A stretch of 57,244 nucleotides of DNA from a virus. Taxonomy: Duplodnaviria > Caudoviricetes. The DNA lies in the IMG/VR virus record IMGVR_UViG_3300044838_000003, positions 1-57,244 of that record; one strand, written 5' to 3'. The position numbers and the translations under genes are program-made. A model generated the notes under the pieces. The model made no database searches. It saw only the letters and a program-made list of their open reading frames with translations, and had not been told where the DNA came from. Shown here piece by piece: positions 1 through 8,786 of the stretch (positions are counted from its first letter, which is position 1; every line of letters starts with the position of its first letter).

Positions 1-148
1 CCTTGCAACCCCTGGGAGCCCAACATGGGCCATCGCCACGGTGATGGCACCACCACGTACCCGAACGGTGACGTGTTGACAGATGACGGTGAAGAGGCGT
101 AAGGTATCACTCATGGCAAAACCAACACACCAGCGGATGGCGATGCTC
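1..148. repeat. Terminal direct repeat (assembly overlap), copy 1; matches 57097-57244
   Basis: 1-148 aligns to 57097-57244 with 3 mismatches (positions 3, 19, 22); 23-148 is identical. Indicates a circular or concatemeric assembly. Confidence 0.95.
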
Positions 149-259
149 GCGAGGATTCGCGAGGAAGCTAGGCTTGACCGCTTGGCCGAAGACATGTACG
201 CTGACTTCAAAGAAGACCAAAGGGATGAGGAGTTCCACCGCTATGACGACCGCTACTGA
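113..259 (+). CDS. Small hypothetical protein (48 aa, MAKPTHQR...DDRY)
   Basis: Translated by hand; ATG 113 to TGA 259; fills the gap between the 56878-57198 gene (across the junction) and the MTase. Confidence 0.65.
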   Translation: MAKPTHQRMAMLARIREEARLDRLAEDMYADFKEDQRDEEFHRYDDRY

Positions 260-815
260 TTCGGCCGCGGTAACGACCGCGAGGCAGATCTTGGGGACTC
301 ATATCCCCCGCGTCGGTTCGCTGTTCTCCGGTGTCGGAGGCTTGGACATGGCGATCGAACAGTACTTCGGCGCCAGCACATCTTGGATGTGCGAGGCCAA
401 CCCCGAGGCCCGTAAAGTCTTGGGCGCCCACTGGCACAATGTGCCGATCTACCCCGACATCACCAAGCTCGATTGGCAGTCGTTGCCGCAGGTTGAGATA
501 CTCGCCGGCGGTTTCCCGTGCCAAGACGTGTCGTCCGCTGGACTCCGCAAGGGCATGGGTGAGGGTACCCGTTCGGGTCTCTGGCGGTACTTCGCCGAAG
601 GGATAGACGCTCTTCAGCCCAAGCTGGTCGTGATCGAGAACGTCAAGGGTCTGTTGACCCTGAAGGGCACCGATGGCCGCAAAGCCATCGAGACCGTACT
701 TGACGATCTGCACGACATCGGCTACGATCACCGCATGGGACTTTTCAAGGCATCGGATGCGGGAGCGCCGCACCGACGCGAGCGAGTGTTCATCCTCGCG
801 AGGCCAAAGGTATAA
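243..815 (+). CDS. C5-cytosine DNA methyltransferase, N-terminal catalytic part (motifs I-VIII)
   Basis: SLFSGVGG (I), GGFPCQD (IV), ENVKGL (VI), RRERVFI (VIII); GAGGAG RBS before ATG 243. Confidence 0.9.
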   Translation: MTTATDSAAVTTARQILGTHIPRVGSLFSGVGGLDMAIEQYFGASTSWMCEANPEARKVLGAHWHNVPIYPDITKLDWQSLPQVEILAGGFPCQDVSSAGLRKGMGEGTRSGLWRYFAEGIDALQPKLVVIENVKGLLTLKGTDGRKAIETVLDDLHDIGYDHRMGLFKASDAGAPHRRERVFILARPKV

Positions 816-822
816 CGGAACC

Positions 823-1317
823 GTGAAACTTCTGCCCACCACGACAGCGCGGGACCACAAAGGGTCCGCTGCTGGATTCCTAGACCGCCGTGATGGTGGT
901 CCCGATCTTGAGGGAGCGATCATGCGACTACTGCCCACGCCGTTGACGACCGACGCACAAGGTGCTGGCGGTCACGGTGATGGTGGTCGAGACTTGCGGA
1001 CCACGGTCGTCCAGGACTGGGATACAGAGGCTTGGGCTGAGTATCTGCCCGCGATCCTACGTTGGTGCAAGATCACCAACGGCGCCCCGCCCGTACCGGT
1101 CGAGCCCAACAGCAACGGCAACCTCCGGATTGCTGCTCGGTTCTCCGAGTGGATGATGGGTTGGCCCAGCGGGTGGGTTACGTCGATGATCACGACCAAC
1201 CGCAAGCTGATGCGCGAAGACATGATCAGCCGCACCGCTGGGATGCGGATGATCGGCAACGGGGTAGTACCCCAACAGGCAATCATGGCGATCGACGCAC
1301 TGATGGAGGAATGGTGA
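823..1317 (+). CDS. C5-cytosine DNA methyltransferase, C-terminal part (variable region plus motifs IX-X)
   Basis: Two LLPT(T/P) repeats, FSEWMMGWPSGW, and RMIGNGVVPQQA (motif X-like); GTG 8 nt after the upstream stop. Confidence 0.8.
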   Translation: MKLLPTTTARDHKGSAAGFLDRRDGGPDLEGAIMRLLPTPLTTDAQGAGGHGDGGRDLRTTVVQDWDTEAWAEYLPAILRWCKITNGAPPVPVEPNSNGNLRIAARFSEWMMGWPSGWVTSMITTNRKLMREDMISRTAGMRMIGNGVVPQQAIMAIDALMEEW

Positions 1318-1859
1318 CCAACGCTACCGCACTTCAGACGGACGGTATCGAGTTCGGGCAGATCACGCCCGCACCGCTCCGCAAGATGACGCAGGATGAG
1401 GCGCGTCGGTTGACGCTCAACCTGATCCACCGCATGAACCTAACCGGTTGGAAGGTGACGTTCGACAACGCCTCCCGGCGTGCCGGCGTTTGTCGTTACC
1501 GGACGGCTGAGATCTCTCTGAGTCTTGACCTGCTCGGACGGCGTGAGTACGCCGATACGCTGGACACGATCACCCACGAGGTGGCTCACGCCATCGTGGG
1601 CCACGCTGCTGGTCACGGTTGGCAGTGGCAGCGCGTCCACCAGAGTCTTGGCGGCAACGGCCACCGCGTGTTCCACGTTGACGAGCATGACCCCAAAGCT
1701 CTGTACCACGCCACTTGCCCGCACGGCAAGGCTTGGAACCGCTACAAGCGGATCACGGCCCGCACCCCCAAAGAGCAGGCTTGCAACTGCGAGCGTGGCG
1801 GGTTCAAGCCCGCCAACGTGATCACCTGGACACTCAACCCAGCTAGGAGCAGCGCATGA
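1311..1859 (+). CDS. SprT-like zinc metalloprotease
   Basis: RRAGVC, THEVAHA (HExxH), GHGWQW, C-terminal Cys/His zinc knuckle; GGAGGA RBS. Confidence 0.85.
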   Translation: MVTNATALQTDGIEFGQITPAPLRKMTQDEARRLTLNLIHRMNLTGWKVTFDNASRRAGVCRYRTAEISLSLDLLGRREYADTLDTITHEVAHAIVGHAAGHGWQWQRVHQSLGGNGHRVFHVDEHDPKALYHATCPHGKAWNRYKRITARTPKEQACNCERGGFKPANVITWTLNPARSSA

Positions 1860-2317
1860 CCAACTACAACATCCGGCCGTTCAAGGGTCGCACCATCGAG
1901 GTTGGCGACCCGATCAAGGCATACCGCAACCTCCACCAGGGTGACTGGTCGGTCGTGGCTACGTCAGGCCCGTACAGGGGCTTGGTTGTCGCTCACAGCG
2001 ACGAGCTGCCCATCTGGGGTCCACGCTTCGAGGTATCGCTTGCAGGCCGCGAGCGTGTCCTACGGGACGGTAAGAAGAACGTCCACGCGTTCATCGTGGG
2101 CACCCTCGGCGGTCACATGCCGCGGGGTCTGCTGCTCAACATCCGGAACGAGGTTACTTATAGCCCGTGGATGCGGCCTTACTTCGTCGCCCACCCGCGG
2201 AGGCTCAAGAGCGACCACGATCGCGTTCCCTACGCGATGAAGGTGACAGCCGGCGGTCTCGCGACCCTCGACGCCTACGGAAAGGCTTGGGTCTATGCGC
2301 CACGAGGGCTGTCCTGA
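1856..2317 (+). CDS. Hypothetical phage protein (YRNLH...WSV type)
   Basis: ATGA overlap with the previous stop, RBS AGGAG, phage-like codon usage. Confidence 0.75.
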   Translation: MTNYNIRPFKGRTIEVGDPIKAYRNLHQGDWSVVATSGPYRGLVVAHSDELPIWGPRFEVSLAGRERVLRDGKKNVHAFIVGTLGGHMPRGLLLNIRNEVTYSPWMRPYFVAHPRRLKSDHDRVPYAMKVTAGGLATLDAYGKAWVYAPRGLS

Positions 2318-2378
2318 CCCTGAAGTCTGCCGTCACCCCTGGTGTAAGGCTTGGTGGGTCGAGGCGTTCCGCGCCATC

Positions 2379-2408
2379 TTGACAAACTCCCACCAACTGT
2401 GCAAGGAT
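2379..2408 (+). promoter_or_regulatory. Possible SigA promoter (TTGACA-18-AAGGAT)
   Basis: Perfect -35, weak -10; ATG 2416 follows about 8 nt later (possibly leaderless). Confidence 0.45.
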
Positions 2409-2415
2409 GATCTAC

Positions 2416-2583
2416 ATGACCAAGAGCAAGCAAGAGAAGCCGCGAATCGTGTTCGCGACTGCCGCAAGTGGCGAGACGCTTCGGGAGAGGCTGGAACTAC
2501 GCCGTTCCTCGGCTGCTAGCAAGCACCGCAACAAAACCAAGTACCACCGTCCAACCGAGAAGAGGAACCATGACGGATCTTGA
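2416..2583 (+). CDS. Small basic protein (55 aa, MTKSKQEKP...LELRRSSAASKHRNKTKYHR)
   Basis: Translated by hand; absent from the ORF track because it is short; directly downstream of the promoter-like element. Confidence 0.6.
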   Translation: MTKSKQEKPRIVFATAASGETLRERLELRRSSAASKHRNKTKYHRPTEKRNHDGS

Positions 2584-2704
2584 CAGCATCATCTCTGACC
2601 TGCGGAGCAACCGCGACGAGCTGATCACCCAGCGCGTCAAGCTGAGCGAAGCGATCGACAGCCTTGACGACGCGATCAACCAGCTTGAGGACGTGTCCCG
2701 ATGA
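2570..2704 (+). CDS. Small coiled-coil protein (MTDLDSIISDLRSNRDE...)
   Basis: GAGGA RBS; stop overlaps the next start (ATGA). Confidence 0.6.
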   Translation: MTDLDSIISDLRSNRDELITQRVKLSEAIDSLDDAINQLEDVSR

Positions 2705-3006
2705 GCCATACCGACGACATGGAAGCCAAGCTGTACCGTTCGGCCATCGCGGCACGTAGCCCGCGGCCCTTGTACCAGATCGCGGCCGAGATCAAAGCCG
2801 ACTGGGCTACCGCTAAGAGCGGCGTCTACTTCGGCGCCGTGCCCTACCTCGAAGCGATGGCGTCGTTGGTCGAGATCACCGACAACTACTTCGAGGACAG
2901 CGCCGCGCTCGTCGTGATCTACTTCTTGGCTAACGCCAACACATGGCGGGGCGAGACCGCCCGCCGCGTGAAGGCCGAGCTGAAGAAGATGGCTGGTATC
3001 AAGTGA
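2701..3006 (+). CDS. Hypothetical phage protein (101 aa)
   Basis: Overlapping start/stop on both sides; good codon bias. Confidence 0.75.
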   Translation: MSHTDDMEAKLYRSAIAARSPRPLYQIAAEIKADWATAKSGVYFGAVPYLEAMASLVEITDNYFEDSAALVVIYFLANANTWRGETARRVKAELKKMAGIK

Positions 3007-3260
3007 CGCCGGAAGAGGCTTGGATCATCGCGATGCACGTCCGCTTCCAGCGGATCATGGTCGTGACCCGGATGCACGTCCCGAAGTGGCTGATGGCGGT
3101 CATCATGGCCGCCCTGGCCATCCCAGGACCGCAGGACGAGCTGTTCGTCGCCCTGATCATCCTAGGCTGGGCCGCGTTCCGGCCCGAGATGAGGGAGGAC
3201 CTGAAGTTCGCGTGGTACTCTATCTACCACGAGGCCGAGTGGATCAGACATGCTCGATAG
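3003..3260 (+). CDS. Small membrane protein
   Basis: GTGA overlap; hydrophobic WLMAVIMAALAIPGPQDELFVALIILGW. Confidence 0.6.
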   Translation: MTPEEAWIIAMHVRFQRIMVVTRMHVPKWLMAVIMAALAIPGPQDELFVALIILGWAAFRPEMREDLKFAWYSIYHEAEWIRHAR

Positions 3261-3337
3261 CGACAGCTCGGCGCTGCGCGCCGCGACCCAACGTAAGATA
3301 GAGCGGCTGCGGATGGAGAGAGACCATCACGAAAGAC

Positions 3338-3367
3338 TTGCCATGTTGGCGGGTCGTGAGCTAGAAT
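3338..3367 (+). promoter_or_regulatory. SigA-type promoter (TTGCCA-18-TAGAAT)
   Basis: Intergenic, upstream of the AAGGAG RBS of the 3410 gene. Confidence 0.6.
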
Positions 3368-3409
3368 TAGCATGCGGTCAACTCGACCGGATCTGAGAAG
3401 GAGATCAAC

Positions 3410-3952
3410 ATGAGCGTAGCAACAGCAAGCAAAGAAGCCTACGGCCGGATGCGGAGCGTCCCGCCCAAAGAGCACCCGGTCTACAAGTTCCTGAAGACCT
3501 TCGGGACGGGAACCGCCGGCTACTCAAACCGCCAGATCGCGGCGATCATGGGTCGCCCGATCAACACCATCACGCCGCGCATCTTCGAGCTGCGCGAGGC
3601 GGGGGTTGTCGTCCTCGCTGGCAAGCGCAAGGACACGTACTCGGGCATCGAGGTGTCACACTGGCGCATCGCTACCGCGGCCGAGGAGGCCGCGTACAAA
3701 GCGTTCACGACGCCACCCGTGCTGACCGACGAGGAGATCGCCAAGCTGCCGCGGACGTGGCTGCACTTGGCCGACATCCCGGAGGGTGTCATCGTCAAAG
3801 AGACCACGGGTGCTGGATGGCACTGGCTGCGCCGCGCCAACGGCGACTTCGGTCACCGCACCGCCAACGTGGAAGACACGACGTTCGGTGGCTGGCTGCC
3901 GCTCGGACGTCAGGAGCACTTCTACGGGCCGATGGTCGAGGTGCTCGCATGA
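3410..3952 (+). CDS. Winged-helix DNA-binding protein with a C-terminal accessory module
   Basis: YSNRQIAAIMGRPINTITPRIFELREAGVV is wHTH-like; C-terminal W-x2-L-x-D-I-P...GPMVEV module. Confidence 0.7.
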   Translation: MSVATASKEAYGRMRSVPPKEHPVYKFLKTFGTGTAGYSNRQIAAIMGRPINTITPRIFELREAGVVVLAGKRKDTYSGIEVSHWRIATAAEEAAYKAFTTPPVLTDEEIAKLPRTWLHLADIPEGVIVKETTGAGWHWLRRANGDFGHRTANVEDTTFGGWLPLGRQEHFYGPMVEVLA

Positions 3953-4062
3953 CCTCGTACCGGCTGTACGTCGCCTATCAGGCGCTCAAGTCTTTCGCTG
4001 TCACGATGGTCGTCTTCGACGGCCTCGTGCTGATCTACCGACTCAGGACCGGGAGCCTGTGA
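3949..4062 (+). CDS. Tiny membrane protein (37 aa)
   Basis: ATGA and GTGA overlaps; one hydrophobic segment. Confidence 0.5.
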   Translation: MTSYRLYVAYQALKSFAVTMVVFDGLVLIYRLRTGSL

Positions 4063-4367
4063 AGGGTCGAGAGCTGCGGAAGGTGTTGACGTTCATCGCA
4101 GCCATCGCCTGGGTGTGGTGGATGGTCTGGGCGCCCGCCAGCGCCCACGCCCAGCCGCTCTGTGAGCACCGTTCGGCCGAGCACGCCGCCCAGTCTCACA
4201 CCACCCGCGAGGGTGACTCACGCTGGCACGTAGCGCACGGCCAGCTCCCAACGTGCGGCCTTGATCAGAGCAGTGACGACCGGGACAAGGGACACGGAGA
4301 CGAAGGGTCTCCGCGACCCCATCGGGACCGTCCGGGTTTTCACTGCACTCTTCACGGCTGCGGATAG
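4059..4367 (+). CDS. Secreted or membrane-anchored His/Cys-rich protein
   Basis: Signal-like N-terminus ending ASAHA; Cys and His rich; GTGA overlap. Confidence 0.6.
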   Translation: MKGRELRKVLTFIAAIAWVWWMVWAPASAHAQPLCEHRSAEHAAQSHTTREGDSRWHVAHGQLPTCGLDQSSDDRDKGHGDEGSPRPHRDRPGFHCTLHGCG

Positions 4368-4454
4368 GAACCGCATGATTAACGTGTACTTAGATGATGT
4401 GGCTCCCTACTGGGAATTAGCCAACCGGCTACACGCCGAAGAGAGCGAGGAGGA

Positions 4455-4913
4455 GTGATGGGCTGGCTAGCGATCGGCAGCGAGAACGATTTCATCGACT
4501 ACATCTACAACAGCGGCCCATACCAGCGCGACCCGAGAGGGTTAGCGGCAGAACGAATCGACCGCCAGACGCGGCTCGATCAACTGAAAAGAGAGGAGCC
4601 AGCAATGGCAACTAGCATCACCCCTTCACGTATCGCACTGAAGGTTCAGGCAGAGGCGCTTCAGCGCCAGCTCGCGGAGATCCAACTAGGCTTGGCGAGT
4701 CTCACCCCCGACGAGCCGGCAGGTCAGGGCACCGTCGTCCGCTTCCGGAAGTACAACCGTCGCTACACCTACGCGGCGATCCGCGTGCTGAGCGAGTGGT
4801 ACCTCACCCAGAACCCGACCCGTCCGCAGGACCGCAAGGCTCCGAAGACTTGGGCCGAGCTGCTCGACTTCGTTGGTGAGCGTAACTGGGACACCATCGA
4901 GGTCCTGTCCTGA
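4455..4913 (+). CDS. Hypothetical protein (alternative start at about 4605)
   Basis: ORF with RBS; coiled-coil followed by a beta-rich domain. Confidence 0.65.
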   Translation: MMGWLAIGSENDFIDYIYNSGPYQRDPRGLAAERIDRQTRLDQLKREEPAMATSITPSRIALKVQAEALQRQLAEIQLGLASLTPDEPAGQGTVVRFRKYNRRYTYAAIRVLSEWYLTQNPTRPQDRKAPKTWAELLDFVGERNWDTIEVLS

Positions 4914-5016
4914 TCTAAGGCGTCGGTCCCGGTGCCCCAGCGGCGATGAGCCCAGTAGAAGCACGGTGATTGGTAGGGGTGACACTCCGTCACCGGGATT
5001 GACGCTTAGGAGTCAG

Positions 5017-5856
5017 ATGAGAGACGTATTCGGGCCACCAAAGGCCCCACGATCGGTTTCACAGCTCAACCAGTACAAGCGTTGTCCGTACAGCTACTAC
5101 CTCGCTCGGATCAAGAAGGCTTGGCAGCGTCCTGCTGCCTGGCTGCCCCAGGGAACCGCGGTCCACGAGACCGCGGAGTGGTGGGAGCGGGGAGGTCGTA
5201 AGGCCACCGTAGAAGAGATGCTGGCCTACTTCAACGCGGCGTATGACGCCGACGTGAACCGCTACCTCAAGATCACCCCGAACACCTCGTTCTGGTCGGC
5301 TTCCGGCCAGTACCACGGCGCACGGGACATTCAGCGCCGGTTCGAGAAGGGTCGGGAACAAGTTGTCGCCTACCACCGTTACTACACGGAGACGGCGCCG
5401 AAGGACGCTATCTGGATCGCTCCGGATGGCACCCCCGGTATCGAGCTGGGGTTTGACTTTGACCTAGATGGTGTTAGGATCAGAGGGTTCATCGACGCGA
5501 TGATCTCGCGTCCCCTGTCCATCCCGCAACATACAGACGAGGGAGTGATCACACATGAAATCATCGTCCGAGACAACAAAACTGGCAACAACCCCGGAGA
5601 CGACTTCCAGCTCGCCGTCTACGGAATCGCCATCACCGATAGCTACGGCGTTGAAGTACCTCTGGGGGATTACTGGATGGGCAGATCAGGAAAGCCCACA
5701 GCACCCTTCGACCTCACCAAGTGGCCCCGCTCCCGCGTTGCGGAAAGTTTCGCAGAACTTGAAGCACAGCTCGACAAGGGAGATTTTCCGCCCCTTCCCG
5801 AGACCGATCGCTGCCACTTCTGCGATGTCTCCGCAGCCTGCGAGTATCGCGTCTGA
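5017..5856 (+). CDS. Cas4/RecB-family (PD-(D/E)xK) exonuclease, L5 gp69-like
   Basis: SVSQLNQYKRCP, RGFIDA, DNKTG, QLAVY, C-terminal CHFCDVSAAC Fe-S cysteines. Confidence 0.9.
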   Translation: MRDVFGPPKAPRSVSQLNQYKRCPYSYYLARIKKAWQRPAAWLPQGTAVHETAEWWERGGRKATVEEMLAYFNAAYDADVNRYLKITPNTSFWSASGQYHGARDIQRRFEKGREQVVAYHRYYTETAPKDAIWIAPDGTPGIELGFDFDLDGVRIRGFIDAMISRPLSIPQHTDEGVITHEIIVRDNKTGNNPGDDFQLAVYGIAITDSYGVEVPLGDYWMGRSGKPTAPFDLTKWPRSRVAESFAELEAQLDKGDFPPLPETDRCHFCDVSAACEYRV

Positions 5857-5937
5857 CCGCGACCCGAAGTGCATCGAGTGCGGGCTACGCGCTAGCACCG
5901 CGGTCCTGATCGGCGGCAACGAAAGGTGTGTCTACGC

Positions 5938-6102
5938 ATGAACATCAAACTGGTCGTCCTCGGCTACGAGCTGGGACGCATACAGATAGACCTACCAGCC
6001 GGCATTACGTCCCCGCAAGAGCCAGAGAAGCTGGTCGAGGCGTTGGTTGACGGCGTGTCCGGTTGGTGGGTACAGCGCATGATGAAACGACGTTCGCGGT
6101 GA
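5938..6102 (+). CDS. Small hypothetical protein (54 aa, MNIKLVVLGYELG...)
   Basis: Translated by hand; fills the gap between larger genes. Confidence 0.5.
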   Translation: MNIKLVVLGYELGRIQIDLPAGITSPQEPEKLVEALVDGVSGWWVQRMMKRRSR

Positions 6103-6145
6103 GCGAGCGTCTGAGCGCCGCTACCGCGGCGAGACGGAGGACACG

Positions 6146-6376
6146 ATGACCAAGCTGATCAACGGGATGCTGTGGCTCATCGCCGCCCTGCTCGTGTGGG
6201 GGGCGGTGCTGAACCCACCCGCCTACCACGCGACCTCATGCGACCCCCGCTGGGAGTCGTGTCAGGTCCCTCGATGGTGCCCCTCGACCGGTAGCTTCCT
6301 GCCGCCGTTCTCGGGATACTGCCCCGTTGGTCCGCACAACTACTCACCCCCGTTCGGAGATGATGACGATGCCTAG
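6146..6376 (+). CDS. Small Cys-rich membrane or secreted protein
   Basis: GGAGG RBS; N-terminal TM/signal; four Cys. Confidence 0.65.
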   Translation: MTKLINGMLWLIAALLVWGAVLNPPAYHATSCDPRWESCQVPRWCPSTGSFLPPFSGYCPVGPHNYSPPFGDDDDA

Positions 6377-6581
6377 TCCGATAGAGCTGGGCAACGACGG
6401 CGCCTACTGGTACGTTGACCTAGGGCCAATCCCGAACAAGCCCGACTGGCACGCCCAGTCGCAGGGCACGAGCTACCGCTTCCCGACCGAGAAAGCCGCA
6501 GAGACCTTCGTGCGGGTCCACCAGCTTCAGGAGCCGAATCGAGAGATTCGAGTTCGGCGTCCTGGTGAGTTACCTACGTAG
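6369..6581 (+). CDS. Hypothetical protein (cluster-A right-arm type)
   Basis: Overlap with the previous gene; YWYVDLGP...YRFPT. Confidence 0.65.
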   Translation: MPSPIELGNDGAYWYVDLGPIPNKPDWHAQSQGTSYRFPTEKAAETFVRVHQLQEPNREIRVRRPGELPT

Positions 6582-6621
6582 GTTCTGGGACTGGATGAAC
6601 ATCATCAAACTAGGAGGACCT

Positions 6622-6876
6622 ATGGGCGGTAACATGCAGTTGGAGCCTTTTGACGAGGAACGCGACTGGTGGCTGCTAGAGAACACCACCCAAGCCGCTC
6701 ACGAGCCCATCGCTGCCCTCCGGTTCCAACGGAGAGGCATGAAGGGCCAAGCCTTGGTCAAAGCCACCGGAATCAAGCCTACGGCGCTCCAGGCGGCTCT
6801 CAAGGCCGCTCTGGACGATGAAGGTGCGGCGTTCAGCCGCGGGGTGGCGATCCACGACCAGGGCACCAAACCGTGA
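6622..6876 (+). CDS. Hypothetical protein
   Basis: AGGAGG RBS before ATG 6622. Confidence 0.65.
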   Translation: MGGNMQLEPFDEERDWWLLENTTQAAHEPIAALRFQRRGMKGQALVKATGIKPTALQAALKAALDDEGAAFSRGVAIHDQGTKP

Positions 6877-7085
6877 GCAGCGGCGGCTACCTGTCGGTAC
6901 GCGGTCAGGCCCGCGTCACGCTAGGCGTGGTCCTCGTGCTGCTCGCCGCGGTAGCGTGGATGGCGTTTCACCCCGTCAGTACGCAGGACGTAGGCCAGGA
7001 GGGTACGCAGTGCATAGTCAGGCACACGGAGCACATGCCCCGGAACAACCCGACTCACCAGTATTGGGTACCGCGAAGCACCTGA
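6873..7085 (+). CDS. Small membrane protein
   Basis: GTGA overlap; TM segment VTLGVVLVLLAAVAWMAF. Confidence 0.55.
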   Translation: MSSGGYLSVRGQARVTLGVVLVLLAAVAWMAFHPVSTQDVGQEGTQCIVRHTEHMPRNNPTHQYWVPRST

Positions 7086-7222
7086 GACGGCTGGTCCATC
7101 TGCGGGAGTCTGCTCCCGCAGACCACCACCGCTATCTGCTCCACCTGATCATCCTGTTCATGGCGAAGCCGCAGAACGCGGACGATCTGATCGAGATGTA
7201 CCGAGAGGAGTTCGGCCTATGA
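7010..7222 (+). CDS. Hypothetical protein
   Basis: AGGAGG RBS before GTG 7010; stop overlaps the next ATG. Confidence 0.45.
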   Translation: MHSQAHGAHAPEQPDSPVLGTAKHLRRLVHLRESAPADHHRYLLHLIILFMAKPQNADDLIEMYREEFGL

Positions 7223-7392
7223 TCCGATGGGGAAGCATAGACACGCTCGGCGCACTACGCGCCATCGTCCGGGAGACCGAGCACCTGCCCGACGACACCC
7301 GGACGGCCATCACCATGTCGGCCACCTCCGGTGAGTTCGCCTACGGTGGGATCGCGGTCTATGGCCGCATGTTCCCGAAGGGGGAGGGATAG
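7219..7392 (+). CDS. Small hypothetical protein (57 aa)
   Basis: Translated by hand; GAGGAG RBS, ATGA overlap. Confidence 0.55.
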   Translation: MIRWGSIDTLGALRAIVRETEHLPDDTRTAITMSATSGEFAYGGIAVYGRMFPKGEG

Positions 7393-7393
7393 C

Positions 7394-8206
7394 GTGTACA
7401 CACCAGTCCAGAGCCTATACATCCGGGGTAGCGCCGGCGACCCGCTGCCGACCGTGTTCGACGCGTTCACCGCGCAAGGCATCATCTTCCGAAGGGGGCA
7501 GCTATGCCTGATCAGTGCTGGGGCCGGGACGGGGAAGAGTGGACTTGTCCTGACCTATGCCCTGCTCGCAAAAGTCCCGACGCTGTACTTCTCGGCCGAC
7601 TCGGATGCTTTTACGCAGCTCTCCCGCAGCCTGAGTATCTTGACCGGAGCCCCGTTGGAGAAGACCGTGGACGCCGTGAGGAACGGCGACTTGCGAGGAG
7701 CCGAGAGCGTGTTCAGCGACATCCCGATCCGGTTTGTCTACGATGCCAGCCCAAGCTTGGACCGCATCGAGGTCTCGATGGCCGCTTACGAGGAGGTATA
7801 CGGTGATTTTCCCGCGCTTGTGGTCATCGACAACATTACGAACGTACGCACGGGGTCCGGTGAGGATGACCCGTTTTCGGGTCTGGAAGCACTCATGGAT
7901 TACCTGCACGGTATGGCCCGCGCCACCGCGGCGTGTGTCATTGGGCTTCACCACGTCACAGGCCCGAACAACGATGGAGATAAGCCTATCCCGCTCTCGG
8001 GCGTTAAAGGCCAGATAGGTCGTGTTCCCGAGCTGATCCTGACGGCCCACAAGGTCACCGAGACCTACGGCAACACCACGCTCAACGTCTCCCCGGTCAA
8101 GAACCGGGGAGGGAAGTCTGACCCCTCGGGAATGACTTACGCCTCGTTGGAGTTCAAGGGAGAGAGTATGTGGATTCGGGACTACGACCAAGGAGGTCAG
8201 CAGTGA
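7394..8206 (+). CDS. DnaB/RecA-like (SF4) helicase, L5 gp65-like
   Basis: Walker A AGAGTGKS, Walker B LVVIDN, LHHV, KNRGG. Confidence 0.9.
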   Translation: MYTPVQSLYIRGSAGDPLPTVFDAFTAQGIIFRRGQLCLISAGAGTGKSGLVLTYALLAKVPTLYFSADSDAFTQLSRSLSILTGAPLEKTVDAVRNGDLRGAESVFSDIPIRFVYDASPSLDRIEVSMAAYEEVYGDFPALVVIDNITNVRTGSGEDDPFSGLEALMDYLHGMARATAACVIGLHHVTGPNNDGDKPIPLSGVKGQIGRVPELILTAHKVTETYGNTTLNVSPVKNRGGKSDPSGMTYASLEFKGESMWIRDYDQGGQQ

Positions 8207-8505
8207 GCACACCAGACATCTTGGAGACCCTCGCCAAGGCGCTGTGGGAGATCGTTCCCTACGAGCGCGCCATCAAGTGGGACGACCATAACGAGACCAC
8301 CAAGTGGCACTACCGGACCCGTGCGGCCTCGCTGCTTGAGAAGTTCGACATCGGGCCGCGTCACCCCTACACCCCGCCGATCATCGACCTCTCGGACGAT
8401 GACGCCTACGAGCGGGCCTCGAAGAGCATGTTGGTCTACGGACATGCGATCGTCCGTGTGACGGCTCCCCCGGCCGGTTCCGGATACGAGTACTTCGGTG
8501 TTTAG
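8203..8505 (+). CDS. Hypothetical protein
   Basis: AGGAGG RBS, GTGA overlap. Confidence 0.6.
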   Translation: MSTPDILETLAKALWEIVPYERAIKWDDHNETTKWHYRTRAASLLEKFDIGPRHPYTPPIIDLSDDDAYERASKSMLVYGHAIVRVTAPPAGSGYEYFGV

Positions 8506-8749
8506 CCCACGGACGGAGGCCGAGTGGATGCCGCCGTGGGCGACACCGGGATGGCTGGAATGGTGGAAGAGCCTCGACCACGCTGGCTGCACGCAGGTGG
8601 CGATGGACCCAGACGTGCCAGCGTACATCCGCTGTCACTCGATGCACTGCCCGAAGTGTAACCGGTCCACCGGGGGCCAGGGTCACTTCGACTGCAAGCA
8701 GGAGCGCGTCAACGGCCTGCCATACCCGATTAGTACAGCTAAGCATTAG
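8498..8749 (+). CDS. Small zinc-finger-like protein
   Basis: CHSMHCPKC...HFDC. Confidence 0.55.
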   Translation: MFSPRTEAEWMPPWATPGWLEWWKSLDHAGCTQVAMDPDVPAYIRCHSMHCPKCNRSTGGQGHFDCKQERVNGLPYPISTAKH

Positions 8750-8786
8750 CTGAAACCCCCACGTAGCGCGGGAGAGGATTTGGGAC

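Noticed and set aside
1-148. Biological direct terminal repeat (T7-like packaging)
   Set aside because: The repeat falls inside genes, and a cluster-A cos with HNH and TerS is present at 53843; it is an assembly overlap.
5017-5856. Cas4-like nuclease as a sign of CRISPR
   Set aside because: No repeat-spacer array or other cas genes; solo Cas4/RecB-like nucleases are standard in L5-type phages.
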